Below the pieces are notes generated by a model. The model saw nothing but the letters and a program-made list of their open reading frames with translations, searched no databases and was not told where the DNA came from. 64,000 nt of DNA from Promethearchaeia archaeon (GTDB lineage Archaea > Asgardarchaeota > Lokiarchaeia > Sigyniarchaeales > SOKP01). Numbering within the stretch: the stretch's first letter is position 1; the number at the start of each line of letters is the position of its first letter. The stretch spans positions 1,605 through 65,604 of the forward strand of contig JAHQWJ010000134.1 of the NCBI GenBank assembly GCA_029856125.1, in the 5' to 3' direction. Position numbers and translations under genes: made by a program. Positions 20,050-30,171 of this stretch are shown piece by piece.

Positions 20050-21531
20050 TTAATAATGTGTTTCTCCAGTAATCCGGTTAACCTTCAAATGGCGGAATCT
20101 TGCTTGAATCCTATTTAATTCAGAACTAGATGATATTTTCTCAACAACTTCAGGAGGAAATAAATATTTAGCCATTTTAAGAATCATTTCTTGTGTCTCA
20201 ATGCAATTAAATAATTTTAAATTTTCAAATGAGTAAAGTAATTCAGATATAAGATCGAAATTGGTATCCTCTGAGAATTCAATAAGCTCTAAGTTTCTAT
20301 AAATTCGTGATATAATACTCTCCAATAAACCGAATTCTTTCAATTTATCCAATGAATTTCTCATATAATTACAAAATACCACATAATAAGTCGCTTCAGA
20401 GGAAACAAAGCCGTCTCTAAATTGTTTAATTCCCTCAGGAGTTATTCTTTGCTCCAATTCTTCTAATACTGCGTATATATTTTCGTCGATGTTTCTTGCG
20501 TGAATTAAACTATAAATTTTCAAAATAACAACTAACTGGGAGGTCTCTAGGTTCTTCAAAGAAGATGAGTCAAAAAATTTCGGATCAGTCTCAATTAACT
20601 TATTAAGCTGTTCATTTGTAAGCCAGAGCTTCATATATTGTGTTGATTTTAAAAGATAATATACTCCATCAGTGGCTTGTATTAAAGGTGCTTCAAATTC
20701 GTCGATCCCTTCTTCGTACAAATTCAATAAAAAATCTTTAACCTTTTTTTTATCTAACTTTATATTTAACTGATCTGCTAAGTACAACCCACAATAATAG
20801 AGATCTGGGTTTCTCAATGTAACTAAAGGTATTGTAATTAGCCATTCATCCATATTTTCTGCAAGATAGTTTTTAATGTGAGTGAAATCAAAATTTTTTT
20901 CTAAGTGGAAGAAGCTAATGATTCGATAAGTTATGTAAAGAAGTTGTAATTTTTCTTTTGGATCTGGTAGATCCTCTAAAAGCTCAATTTTACTTTTATT
21001 TATTCCTAATTTCTTTTCAAGGTTATCTTGTATTTGAAGATACTTTCTTAAATGTTCTTTCTTTACTGGATATTTATTTATTAATTCTTTTAAGTTTTTT
21101 AGTTCTACGATAAATTCTAAGCTCAATAAGTTAGCTGACTTCAAATTTAGCATGAATTGGGTCACATTTTTAATGTCAACTAAATAGTCAACAATTTTCT
21201 CTAAAAAAATCTCGTAAATTATTGGAGCTAATTTTTGATCATATATTCGACGAATCGAAGAGAGACAATCAATTTCTATTCGATTAAGGTTAATAAAAGG
21301 ATCCAAAAAGGCATGCTCTAAATCTTCTTCTTCGAATCCCATTTTTAGTAAATTAGTTTTGAGAATTTCTAAAAGTTTGGGAAAAGAATTATCCGTATCA
21401 TTAATGCATAATACATCTGTTTCAGCGAGAACATTAATCTTTTCGTGAAAAAATTGGTCTAATCTGTTAAACAGAGAATCCTCGTTGTCTAAGTATAGGC
21501 TAGAAATATTTAACAATCCTTGAAAAATCAT
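20050..21531 (-). CDS. hypothetical all-helical repeat protein
   Basis: 493 aa ORF with no recognised family. The C-terminal half has periodic aromatic motifs roughly every 45-50 aa. Confidence 0.5.
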   Translation of the reverse strand: MIFQGLLNISSLYLDNEDSLFNRLDQFFHEKINVLAETDVLCINDTDNSFPKLLEILKTNLLKMGFEEEDLEHAFLDPFINLNRIEIDCLSSIRRIYDQKLAPIIYEIFLEKIVDYLVDIKNVTQFMLNLKSANLLSLEFIVELKNLKELINKYPVKKEHLRKYLQIQDNLEKKLGINKSKIELLEDLPDPKEKLQLLYITYRIISFFHLEKNFDFTHIKNYLAENMDEWLITIPLVTLRNPDLYYCGLYLADQLNIKLDKKKVKDFLLNLYEEGIDEFEAPLIQATDGVYYLLKSTQYMKLWLTNEQLNKLIETDPKFFDSSSLKNLETSQLVVILKIYSLIHARNIDENIYAVLEELEQRITPEGIKQFRDGFVSSEATYYVVFCNYMRNSLDKLKEFGLLESIISRIYRNLELIEFSEDTNFDLISELLYSFENLKLFNCIETQEMILKMAKYLFPPEVVEKISSSSELNRIQARFRHLKVNRITGETHY

Positions 21532-21914
21532 TCACATCTACCAGAAATTTTAATACCAGTTTTGCTATTCTCGGTATTTATTATAGAATATATAGAGAAC
21601 AGAAATTAATATTTTATTCTTATTTATTATAGCAAAATGAAAATATCTGTAGATTATTATTTAATTGGGCGGTATTATTCAAGTATGAAATTTATCAAAA
21701 TATACTAAAATAATAATAGCTTCTTAATGTCTTTAATATTAGATTTATAACTTTAACTCGTATTAAAAACCCTTCTATAAAAATAAAGAATTAACCATTT
21801 GAATTTTTATCTTAATGGATACTTGAAATTTGAAAAAATTGCTTCATAAAATTTAAAATTAAAAAAAAATCTCTATATTTATATAAGAAAAATATTGAGG
21901 CAAAGATAAAAAAT

Positions 21915-23342
21915 ATGACATCAAATATATTTGGTACTTCAGGCATAAGAATGGTGTTCCAAAATTATAGCGAGACAAACCTCATGTTTACGCCGCAAAT
22001 GGCTTTAGATGTGGGATTAGCCCTTGGTACATATTTAAAAGGGGAAGGTGTCGTCGTTATCGGTAAGGATATTAGAACATCTGCATTACCAATAGAATAT
22101 TCATTAATTTCTGGGATTATAAGTACTGGATGTAATGTGAAAACATTAGGAATTGTAACTACACCCACATTAGCAATGTCTCAAAGATTTTTAGATGCGA
22201 ATGCTGGAGTCATGATTACCGCATCTCATAATACACCCGAATATATTGGATTAAAATTTTGGAATCCTTCAGGTATAGGGTATTCCCACGAGCAAGAAGA
22301 AGAAATATCGCGAATATATGACGAGAAGGATTTTCTTGATATCAAATGGGATCAAATTGGAAAAGTTACCTCTGTTAATGATATTAACGATAAGCACATT
22401 TCAGATATAATGGATCGTATTGCATTTGATGGGAGTAAACTTAATGCTATAGTAGACCCCGGAAACGGAGCGGGATGTGAAATTGTCCCAAGACTATTAA
22501 GTGATTATTGCGTAAATATTATTACAATCAATGCACAAATGGATGGTAAGTTCCCTGGGAGAAATTCAGAACCTAACGAAAAAAATTTAATTCAAATCTC
22601 CAAATTTCTTAAAATATCAACACAAGAAGATATTGGAATAGCGCTAGATGGGGATGCTGATAGAGTTATTTTTTTAGATGAAACTGGTGAAATCGTCGAT
22701 CCAATTAGGTTATTAGCCCTCTTGGCAAAATATTATATACAAAATAATAAAAATGACATTTCTATGAATGATATGAAAATATCTACGCCAGTAAACTCAT
22801 CAAGCTTAATTGAGGATGTGTTAGAACCACTTGGTTGCGAGGTAATAAGAACAGAAGTCGGAGATATTCAAGTAGCTCAAGCTTTACATAAGAATGGGGG
22901 GTTTTTAGGTGGAGAAACATCAGGTACTTATATTTGGCCCAGCTTCCATTTAGGACCAGATTCAATAGTCACAATTGGAATAGTATTGCAGATGATGGTC
23001 AAAACAGGAAAAAGCTTAATAGAATTATTGAAAGAAATTCCAAAATATCCCTATTACCGTAAACAATTTCAGCTTATAAAAGATATTCCCTTTACTGATG
23101 AAATAAACCAAAAAATTATTACTGAGATGAAAGAAAGCTTCGATTCTATGGGAAAAGAATTAAAATCTATTAATCATATGGACGGTTGTAGATTCGATTA
23201 CGATGATGGATGGATTTTAATAAGGCGTTCAGGAACAAGCCCTTATTTAAGAATTTCTGGTGAATCTAGCGTCGATATAAATCAATCAATTGAAATGAAT
23301 AAAACAGCAGAAGACAAAATGAAGAAATTAAATTTAATATAA
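21915..23342 (+). CDS. glmM: phosphoglucosamine/phosphohexose mutase (alpha-D-phosphohexomutase family)
   Basis: 475 aa. Phosphoserine loop TASHNTPEY, Mg loop DGDADR, sugar loop GGETSG, phosphate loop RRSGTSP. Confidence 0.85.
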   Translation: MTSNIFGTSGIRMVFQNYSETNLMFTPQMALDVGLALGTYLKGEGVVVIGKDIRTSALPIEYSLISGIISTGCNVKTLGIVTTPTLAMSQRFLDANAGVMITASHNTPEYIGLKFWNPSGIGYSHEQEEEISRIYDEKDFLDIKWDQIGKVTSVNDINDKHISDIMDRIAFDGSKLNAIVDPGNGAGCEIVPRLLSDYCVNIITINAQMDGKFPGRNSEPNEKNLIQISKFLKISTQEDIGIALDGDADRVIFLDETGEIVDPIRLLALLAKYYIQNNKNDISMNDMKISTPVNSSSLIEDVLEPLGCEVIRTEVGDIQVAQALHKNGGFLGGETSGTYIWPSFHLGPDSIVTIGIVLQMMVKTGKSLIELLKEIPKYPYYRKQFQLIKDIPFTDEINQKIITEMKESFDSMGKELKSINHMDGCRFDYDDGWILIRRSGTSPYLRISGESSVDINQSIEMNKTAEDKMKKLNLI

Positions 23343-23366
23343 AGCTTTTATTGAAGATTTATTTTT

Positions 23367-24332
23367 TTATTTGAAGTTAACTGTTTCTATTTCTATTCCT
23401 TTTTGTTCGAGCTTTTTTTTGTTAGCAAGAAGTTCTCGACCGGCAATCTTATCCAAAATATAAATTAAATTACCACCTTTTTCCGAATATATCTGACCAT
23501 AAGATATTGGAACATCTGGAGTAGATAAATTTAGTAATGATTCAGTAACAGATTCAGTTTTTCGTTCTCCATTAGCTAATAACAACACTGTTTTCGACTT
23601 ATAGACTAGCTCAGCACCCATACTAATAGCATAACGAGGACATTCATTTTCTGAGTTAAATTGTCCATCGATTACTGCATTAGTTAATGTATTTTTATCA
23701 AGTTTTATTAACATGACTTTACTTCCTTCAAAGGGAATACCGGATTCATGGAATGCGACATGACCACGTCCACCAACTCCTATTATTTGTAAATCAATAC
23801 CACCTGATTTTTCAATTTTTTGGGCATATCCATCTAAAACTATTTTGCGAATCCAGTTTAAGTATTCAGAAGACGTATTATCTTTAATAATAATTGACTT
23901 TCCTGAGTCAGTTCCTAATTCGGTCCAATCTTCAGGATGGGATGATAATTCTTCAATAAGTTTTTTTTGATCAATTAAGCAAGCATAAGGTAAAGTTGTT
24001 TCAATGAATTTATTGTTAAGAAGCCCAAAGAATTCTTTAATCATAAAGTAGCAATAACTTTGTGGGTGTATCGTGCGTTGTTGAGCATTTTCTCCCGGAA
24101 GACCAATATATTCATCGAGATTAAAACTACGAACCCTACTGCTGTCGAATTTCTTAGCGTTTGCCATTTGGGCAAGTTCTTTATAAAGACCCGTTGGTGA
24201 ATTTCCTGTTGCAAGCCCTAAAACATATTCCTCCTTGTCTTGTAATCCTTGGATGATATGTTCTTTTACGATTTCTGCCGCAACCTTACTTAGCTGTTCA
24301 AAATTATCTGTTACAATTACTTTAATCGCCAT
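23367..24332 (-). CDS. glucosamine-6-phosphate deaminase/isomerase family protein (NagB-like, with insertion)
   Basis: 321 aa. GLATGNSP motif, NLDEY, and GVGGRGHVAFHE. Confidence 0.8.
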   Translation of the reverse strand: MAIKVIVTDNFEQLSKVAAEIVKEHIIQGLQDKEEYVLGLATGNSPTGLYKELAQMANAKKFDSSRVRSFNLDEYIGLPGENAQQRTIHPQSYCYFMIKEFFGLLNNKFIETTLPYACLIDQKKLIEELSSHPEDWTELGTDSGKSIIIKDNTSSEYLNWIRKIVLDGYAQKIEKSGGIDLQIIGVGGRGHVAFHESGIPFEGSKVMLIKLDKNTLTNAVIDGQFNSENECPRYAISMGAELVYKSKTVLLLANGERKTESVTESLLNLSTPDVPISYGQIYSEKGGNLIYILDKIAGRELLANKKKLEQKGIEIETVNFK

Positions 24333-24471
24333 AAATAATTCCTCTAAATATATTTTATACTAAAAAAAGTTCTCTTTAATAAAAATTTAATTATAGGGAC
24401 TTCACAAATTACATTTGTTATAACTTCCTTCTGGCAAAATTTTTATTTTTCTTATTCTTTTCTATTTTTAA

Positions 24472-26325
24472 ATGTGTGGTATTTTTGGAATAGTTACAAA
24501 GAATCAAGAAATCTCTGTAGGAAAAGTTGTCTTCGAAGGAATAAAACGTCTAGAATACCGTGGTTATGATTCATGTGGCATTGTTTCACTTTACAATTCA
24601 AAACTATTTATTAAAAAAGAAGCCGGAAAAATTGATGATATTCATAAAAAAGTCAAATTAGATGAGTTTCCTAGTGGTTCAAAACTTGCGTTAGCCCATT
24701 CAAGATGGGCTACACATGGGGCACCTACTAAACAAAATAGCCACCCCCATTTAGATTGTTTAAGCAAGATTGCAGTTGTACATAATGGGATAATAGAGAA
24801 TTTTTTAGAATTACGAGATGAGCTCACTTCTATAGGACATACATTTAAATCTGAAACTGATTCCGAAGTCATTCCCCATTTAATTGAAGATTTTATGAAA
24901 AAAGGTGATAATCTTAAGGTTGCTACTATTAACGCATTAAAAAAATGCAAAGGATCATATGCAATTGCAGTCTGTCAGATTAATAATCCTGATTTAATTA
25001 TAGTTGCTCGAAAAGAATCTCCTTTAATAATTGGAATAGAAGAGGGAAAAACAACTTATTGTTCTTCAGATATTCCTGCTTTTTTACCCTATACTAAAAA
25101 ATGTTATATCATGGAAGATAACGAACTTGCTGTTTTGAAAGCGGGAGAAGTAAAATTTTTTGATCTTAAAAACGATAATGAATTGATAATAAAAAAAATA
25201 CAAACTATTGAATGGAATATTGATGCTGCGGAAAAGGGCGGTTATGAGCATTTTATGCTGAAAGAAATTTTCGAAGAACCGAATGCATTAAGGTTTACTA
25301 TGAAAATTTCAGAGCAACTTTTAAGTAAGTTTGCAAACGCTTTATTATCAGCAGATAACATATATATCACAGCAGCAGGTACATCTTATCACGCAGCACT
25401 AGCAGGAAAATTTATAATTTCTAGATTTCTTGGTAAAAACATTCAAGATATAGAATGTTCTGAATTTGAGACTCAATTAACAGGTAATTTACAAAATAAT
25501 TCCGTAATTATTGCAATCTCACAATCAGGTGAAACGATTGATACGATTGAAGCGATTAGATGGGCAAAAAAGACAAAAACTGTCAAAATCTTAACGATTA
25601 CTAATGTAGTAGGCTCATCAATTACTAGGTATTCCGATCACGTGATCGTTACAAATGCAGGACCCGAGATTGGTGTTGCAGCAACAAAAACGTATAGCAC
25701 GCAAGTTCTTGCTCTTGCTCTGATAGCAGTTTCAATCGCAAAAATTCGAAGAGTAATATCTGATGAAGAAATAATAAAATACTACGATGCTTTAGCTGGA
25801 ATTCCTAATATCATTGAAAAATTCCTTGAAAAAAATGTTGATTTAATCAAATATATCGTAAACAATTTAGAAAAAAATATGAATTATTTCTTTTTAGCAA
25901 GAGGTATTTCAATCGCAACTGCCAAAGAAGGAGGATTAAAATTAAAAGAAGTTGCCTGTCGTTTCATCGAAGGTTATTCAGCAGCTTCTGCTAAACATGG
26001 GCCAATTTCATTAGTAAGAGAAGGATTCCCTATAATTTTTATTGCTCCACCTGACGAGACATATAATAGATTAGTTGGGAATGTAATGGAGTTCAAATCT
26101 AGAGGTGGAATGATTATTTCTGTCGTTGTGGAAAACGATGAAAAAATAACAAAATTAAGTGATATAACAATTCGAATTCCTCAACCCGCAGATAAATATC
26201 ATAATCTTTTCAGTCCAATTACTTTCATGCCGGCCTTACAATTATTAGCCTATTACGCTGCCTTAGCTCACGATCTAGACCCTGATAAGCCACAAAATCT
26301 TAGTAAGACTGTAACAGTTCATTAA
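24472..26325 (+). CDS. glmS: glutamine--fructose-6-phosphate aminotransferase
   Basis: 617 aa. Ntn-amidotransferase start MCGIFG, two SIS domains (ISQSGETIDT), C-terminal KTVTV(H). Confidence 0.95.
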   Translation: MCGIFGIVTKNQEISVGKVVFEGIKRLEYRGYDSCGIVSLYNSKLFIKKEAGKIDDIHKKVKLDEFPSGSKLALAHSRWATHGAPTKQNSHPHLDCLSKIAVVHNGIIENFLELRDELTSIGHTFKSETDSEVIPHLIEDFMKKGDNLKVATINALKKCKGSYAIAVCQINNPDLIIVARKESPLIIGIEEGKTTYCSSDIPAFLPYTKKCYIMEDNELAVLKAGEVKFFDLKNDNELIIKKIQTIEWNIDAAEKGGYEHFMLKEIFEEPNALRFTMKISEQLLSKFANALLSADNIYITAAGTSYHAALAGKFIISRFLGKNIQDIECSEFETQLTGNLQNNSVIIAISQSGETIDTIEAIRWAKKTKTVKILTITNVVGSSITRYSDHVIVTNAGPEIGVAATKTYSTQVLALALIAVSIAKIRRVISDEEIIKYYDALAGIPNIIEKFLEKNVDLIKYIVNNLEKNMNYFFLARGISIATAKEGGLKLKEVACRFIEGYSAASAKHGPISLVREGFPIIFIAPPDETYNRLVGNVMEFKSRGGMIISVVVENDEKITKLSDITIRIPQPADKYHNLFSPITFMPALQLLAYYAALAHDLDPDKPQNLSKTVTVH

Positions 26326-26339
26326 AGAAAAGACTATTG

Positions 26340-27593
26340 TTAAATAAAAGATGGAAGATATTTTAATAGGGTATTTCGAGTATTTTCAACTATACTTAGA
26401 AGCCAAGAAGTTCCAACTTTTGAATTATGTTCATTTAAATCTTTTATTACAGTGATATAATCATTCCCGGTTTTCTTATAGATGTTATCTAGATTCTTCA
26501 AAAATTCATCTCTCCCTTTCTCATTACCCGAATATGATAGACATTCATTAAAACTATTTTCAATTTTTTGTATATTCTCAACAAGTTCTCTTTTTTGATT
26601 TAACAGTTCTTCCGATACGTTATTACCCATAACCGATTTATATAATTCTATAGATTTTTTCATCTTATTAGCTAGTTGTTTGAATCTTTTAATTCTCTCA
26701 TTGAAAATAAGCTCGAGCTTTTCAACCGCACCCTCATAAAGCAATTTTTCCATATCACTTCCTTGATAGAACTTAGAACGTACAATTATGTACCATTGTC
26801 TAAGAGCTATTATATTTGCGATATATTCAATACTATTTATGACTCTTCTTTTAACGCTCCAATATAGTCCAGGATAGAAATCCATATCCTCTTTTTGAGA
26901 TTCTTTACCCATTAAAAGTGTATGCCCTTGAGGACAATCTCCTCGGTAAATAACTCCAGCTGCAATTACTGTCTTATACCCTATCCGACTTGGACCTACT
27001 ATTCCTCCTTGTCCTCCTAAAAAGATAGGAGGTTGATTGAGCATAACCCCATATGCTACATCTCCAATTAGAGATGCAGTTGCTTTATCCTGATTAGGTG
27101 TATAATTAAAATGAATATATGAACTGCCCACTTCACTATGGTTTCTTCTGTCTGTTCCGCCTGCCATTAAAATGTCACAAAAATTGACAATGCTCCCTAA
27201 TGTCACAAATGGAAAAAGGATTGTTTGTTTAAGACCTACTGTGTGAGCACCGTTAGCTTCCTCCTCCAGAAGACATCCTTCTCGGACTTCAGCGCCATCA
27301 CCCATATTCGCAGAATCCAGAAATGTTGATCCTTCAAAGTACCCACCTTTTAATTCTACATTTTTCCCTAATTGACAATTTTTAATAGTAACTGGAGATC
27401 TACTGCCCAGCTTAACTCCCGGCATAATAAGTGTCCTTTTGCCAAATATTTTACAGCCTGAGTGTATTGTAACATCCTCAGATGATATCAGATTAATGTT
27501 GACTTCTTCGCTTATTTCAACCGAAGAAGGATTTGGTATTTTGACTCCTTTTTCAATTAAAGCAGTAATTAATGAGTTTTCATTATATACCAT
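26340..27593 (-). CDS. left-handed beta-helix (hexapeptide) acyl/acetyltransferase, GlmU C-terminal-domain-like, plus helical C-terminal domain
   Basis: 417 aa. Hexapeptide repeats and a GlmU-acetyltransferase-like segment (HFNYTPNQDKATASLIGD...GGQGGIVGPSRIG..VIAAGVIYRGD). It has no nucleotidyltransferase domain. Confidence 0.6.
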   Translation of the reverse strand: MVYNENSLITALIEKGVKIPNPSSVEISEEVNINLISSEDVTIHSGCKIFGKRTLIMPGVKLGSRSPVTIKNCQLGKNVELKGGYFEGSTFLDSANMGDGAEVREGCLLEEEANGAHTVGLKQTILFPFVTLGSIVNFCDILMAGGTDRRNHSEVGSSYIHFNYTPNQDKATASLIGDVAYGVMLNQPPIFLGGQGGIVGPSRIGYKTVIAAGVIYRGDCPQGHTLLMGKESQKEDMDFYPGLYWSVKRRVINSIEYIANIIALRQWYIIVRSKFYQGSDMEKLLYEGAVEKLELIFNERIKRFKQLANKMKKSIELYKSVMGNNVSEELLNQKRELVENIQKIENSFNECLSYSGNEKGRDEFLKNLDNIYKKTGNDYITVIKDLNEHNSKVGTSWLLSIVENTRNTLLKYLPSFI

Positions 27594-27690
27594 ATGCTAT
27601 GATCTCTTTTTTGGTTCATCTTTCTCATTTTATTTATAATAAACAAATTTTTAAATCTAGCAAAAACAGATAACTTCTATTTAAAGCTTT

Positions 27691-29181
27691 TTACATTTTA
27701 TCAACACGAAATATGTGGCTCTTCCAACCCTCTAGTTCGACATATAACCCATTTTCATCGAGGTTCGTCCCTTTATACTTATACTCTTTTTCATTTAGTA
27801 AATCTGTAAAGCACCAATCAGAAATTCCATAAGCAATTTCTTTTATTATTATATGAGCCTTGGAAAGATTTGGATTATAGTTGACTACGATCAATAATCT
27901 CTGATCGCCTTTTAGCCATTGATATGAGATAATATCTTTAAATGAAGTATCGTTTGAATCCGTAGGTTCTACACCACATAAAAGCCATTTTGCATCATCC
28001 CAATCTTTTCCAGGAATGATCTTTAAAAGTTTATCGTAGAATTCCGTAATTACTATATTGTCTTCTTCAGTAGGGCCTCGTCCTAACTGTACCGGTATCT
28101 TAATTTCGTATCCGTGTGTTTGGCCTTCATAAATCAGTCTCGCCCCCGGTAATGTTGATGTAATGATTGAAGCAGCCATCGAAGCATTAGCTCCAAATGC
28201 TACTGCCGCTCTTGGTTCGTCGTGATTTTCAATAAATCGAAGTAGTTTATTTTGGTAATTTATATCAGCGTTAAGATGTTCTTTTATACTTTGAACATTA
28301 GATTTTATTAAACGCTCGTATAACCTTTTATCGTAACAAAAATCAAACCCTTGTTGAATCAAATCCCATTCCATATCCCAATAAACTTCAGCAATAAACT
28401 TAAAGTTTGGATATTTTTTCTTAACTGAGGATATGATATCTACCCAATACTCATTCTCAAGGGGTAAACCTGCTTTTTCACCCCAAGTTTTTTTGAACAC
28501 ATCATTAACCATTAACATTGCCATATCACACCTAACACCATCACACTGCTCTGCAATCGAAAGTAGAGTGTTGACCGCTTTGGAACGCGCCTCAGAAGAA
28601 AATGCATTTATTTGAACCGTGTCTGTCCAAGGGGGAAAATTAGGATCTTTACCGTGAGCATATACGGTATCTCCTATAGAAAAAAAATCGTAAGGTTTGG
28701 TCATTAAGTCTTCTAAAGTTCCTTTTATAAACACATCTGATTTCTCAAGCGTCCAAAGATGATCAATCGAAACGTGATTAGGTACGTAATCTAAAATAAG
28801 TAGTAAATCGTTATCCTTTAAATCGGCTCTAAATGATTTGAGAGCATCAGAACCTCCTAATTGAGAACTAACATGATAATAATACACCGAATAAGGAGAC
28901 CCCACAACATCTTGGGTACTATAATATCTCAATGCTTTACGATACTCTTCTTGTAAGCCCTCATGATTCATTGCAATTTCTCTCCCTATAGGACTACGTT
29001 CCCAAACACCCATCAACCATACGACATCAAATAAAGTTAATTCTTGATCTATAATTTCAATGGGTATTGAATCAAGTTTAATATTATGACCATAAATATT
29101 AGAAAAATCCGTTAACCACGGCCATGTATTAATCTCGAATATTTTTGGATGGACTGGCCAAGAAAGTTCTTTAGTAGGCAT
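27691..29181 (-). CDS. GH13 alpha-amylase-family glycoside hydrolase
   Basis: 496 aa. Conserved GH13 regions DYVPNHVS, GVRCDMA, AEVYWD and FIENHDE. Confidence 0.85.
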   Translation of the reverse strand: MPTKELSWPVHPKIFEINTWPWLTDFSNIYGHNIKLDSIPIEIIDQELTLFDVVWLMGVWERSPIGREIAMNHEGLQEEYRKALRYYSTQDVVGSPYSVYYYHVSSQLGGSDALKSFRADLKDNDLLLILDYVPNHVSIDHLWTLEKSDVFIKGTLEDLMTKPYDFFSIGDTVYAHGKDPNFPPWTDTVQINAFSSEARSKAVNTLLSIAEQCDGVRCDMAMLMVNDVFKKTWGEKAGLPLENEYWVDIISSVKKKYPNFKFIAEVYWDMEWDLIQQGFDFCYDKRLYERLIKSNVQSIKEHLNADINYQNKLLRFIENHDEPRAAVAFGANASMAASIITSTLPGARLIYEGQTHGYEIKIPVQLGRGPTEEDNIVITEFYDKLLKIIPGKDWDDAKWLLCGVEPTDSNDTSFKDIISYQWLKGDQRLLIVVNYNPNLSKAHIIIKEIAYGISDWCFTDLLNEKEYKYKGTNLDENGLYVELEGWKSHIFRVDKM

Positions 29182-29374
29182 GATTATTCTTATTATTATA
29201 TTTTTGAGGATTAATAACTATTTAATATACCACTTAATTTAAAAAATGAATTTTATTATATACAAAATTATAGATTAAATATCAAAGTGTAATTTTTTGT
29301 TATTTTTTAAGTATAAATATATATAAATTATTAGATAATCATACTATAATTAAGAAAAATAAAAGAAGTGTGTT

Positions 29375-29950
29375 TTGAAAGTGAGTGAAGAGAAGGATGC
29401 AATAAGAAAGTTGATAATGCTCATTTCTGATCTTCGAGCTAAGGATGAAGAACGTTATGAAGCCCATGTCAATTTTATGAACGAGACAATTAAAATGATT
29501 ACCGCTATCGAATCCCAGATGAACAAGCACTGGTCAACGGTATTAGATTCTCTCAAAGAATTGAATGAAAATATCAACGATAATTTGGATTCATTACTTA
29601 CGGGAATTAACCCTAAAGGGCTTAGAGAAACGTCTAAATCTCTTCAAGAAATTATGGACACAATGAATAAAAGCGTACAATCAATGAATTTGGAGAAAGT
29701 ACTTAGCGAGCTTAAAGTTTTAAAAGGTTCTACAACTGTCAACGCACAACTTGTTTCTCAAACCCTTCCAATTGGTCAAACACCAGAACCAATAACTGCC
29801 GATATTAACTTAAACCCTCCAGCTGGGGCTTCTGCAACAACAGAGGAACAAGAAGTTTATGGATTTGTTCCTGGAAAAAAGAAGAAAAAGAAAGAAGAGG
29901 AAGAGTCTGAGCCTCACTTGATGCGCCCTTCTGATCTTTTTAAAAAGTAG
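29375..29950 (+). CDS. hypothetical helical protein with Lys/Glu-rich C-terminal tail
   Basis: 191 aa with a GTG start. Helical N-terminal 120 aa, a Pro/Thr linker, then KKKKKKEEEE. No family recognised. Confidence 0.45.
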   Translation: MKVSEEKDAIRKLIMLISDLRAKDEERYEAHVNFMNETIKMITAIESQMNKHWSTVLDSLKELNENINDNLDSLLTGINPKGLRETSKSLQEIMDTMNKSVQSMNLEKVLSELKVLKGSTTVNAQLVSQTLPIGQTPEPITADINLNPPAGASATTEEQEVYGFVPGKKKKKKEEEESEPHLMRPSDLFKK

Positions 29951-30171
29951 GAACAGCAGTAGGTTCGGAACTAATTTAAGTTTCTCTCAACTCGTTTAAA
30001 TATGCTATTTGTTTAGTATATAGTAGAAAGAAAGATAATAAATATTCTCTGTTTGCTCTGACCATTTAATTTTCTGGTTTCTTGTTGAATTGGTATCTGT
30101 TTATTATATAATTAATGCATAAAAATCTTAATAGAATTTAAGATATTTTTTGTTTTAGGTATTATTCATGT

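Noticed and set aside
29375-29950. The helical 191-aa protein with a charged C-terminal tail might be an ESCRT-III/Snf7-like protein.
   Set aside because: Only its size and helicity fit. I cannot see the basic-N/acidic-C helix pattern or neighbouring Vps4/ESCRT genes, so it is left as hypothetical.
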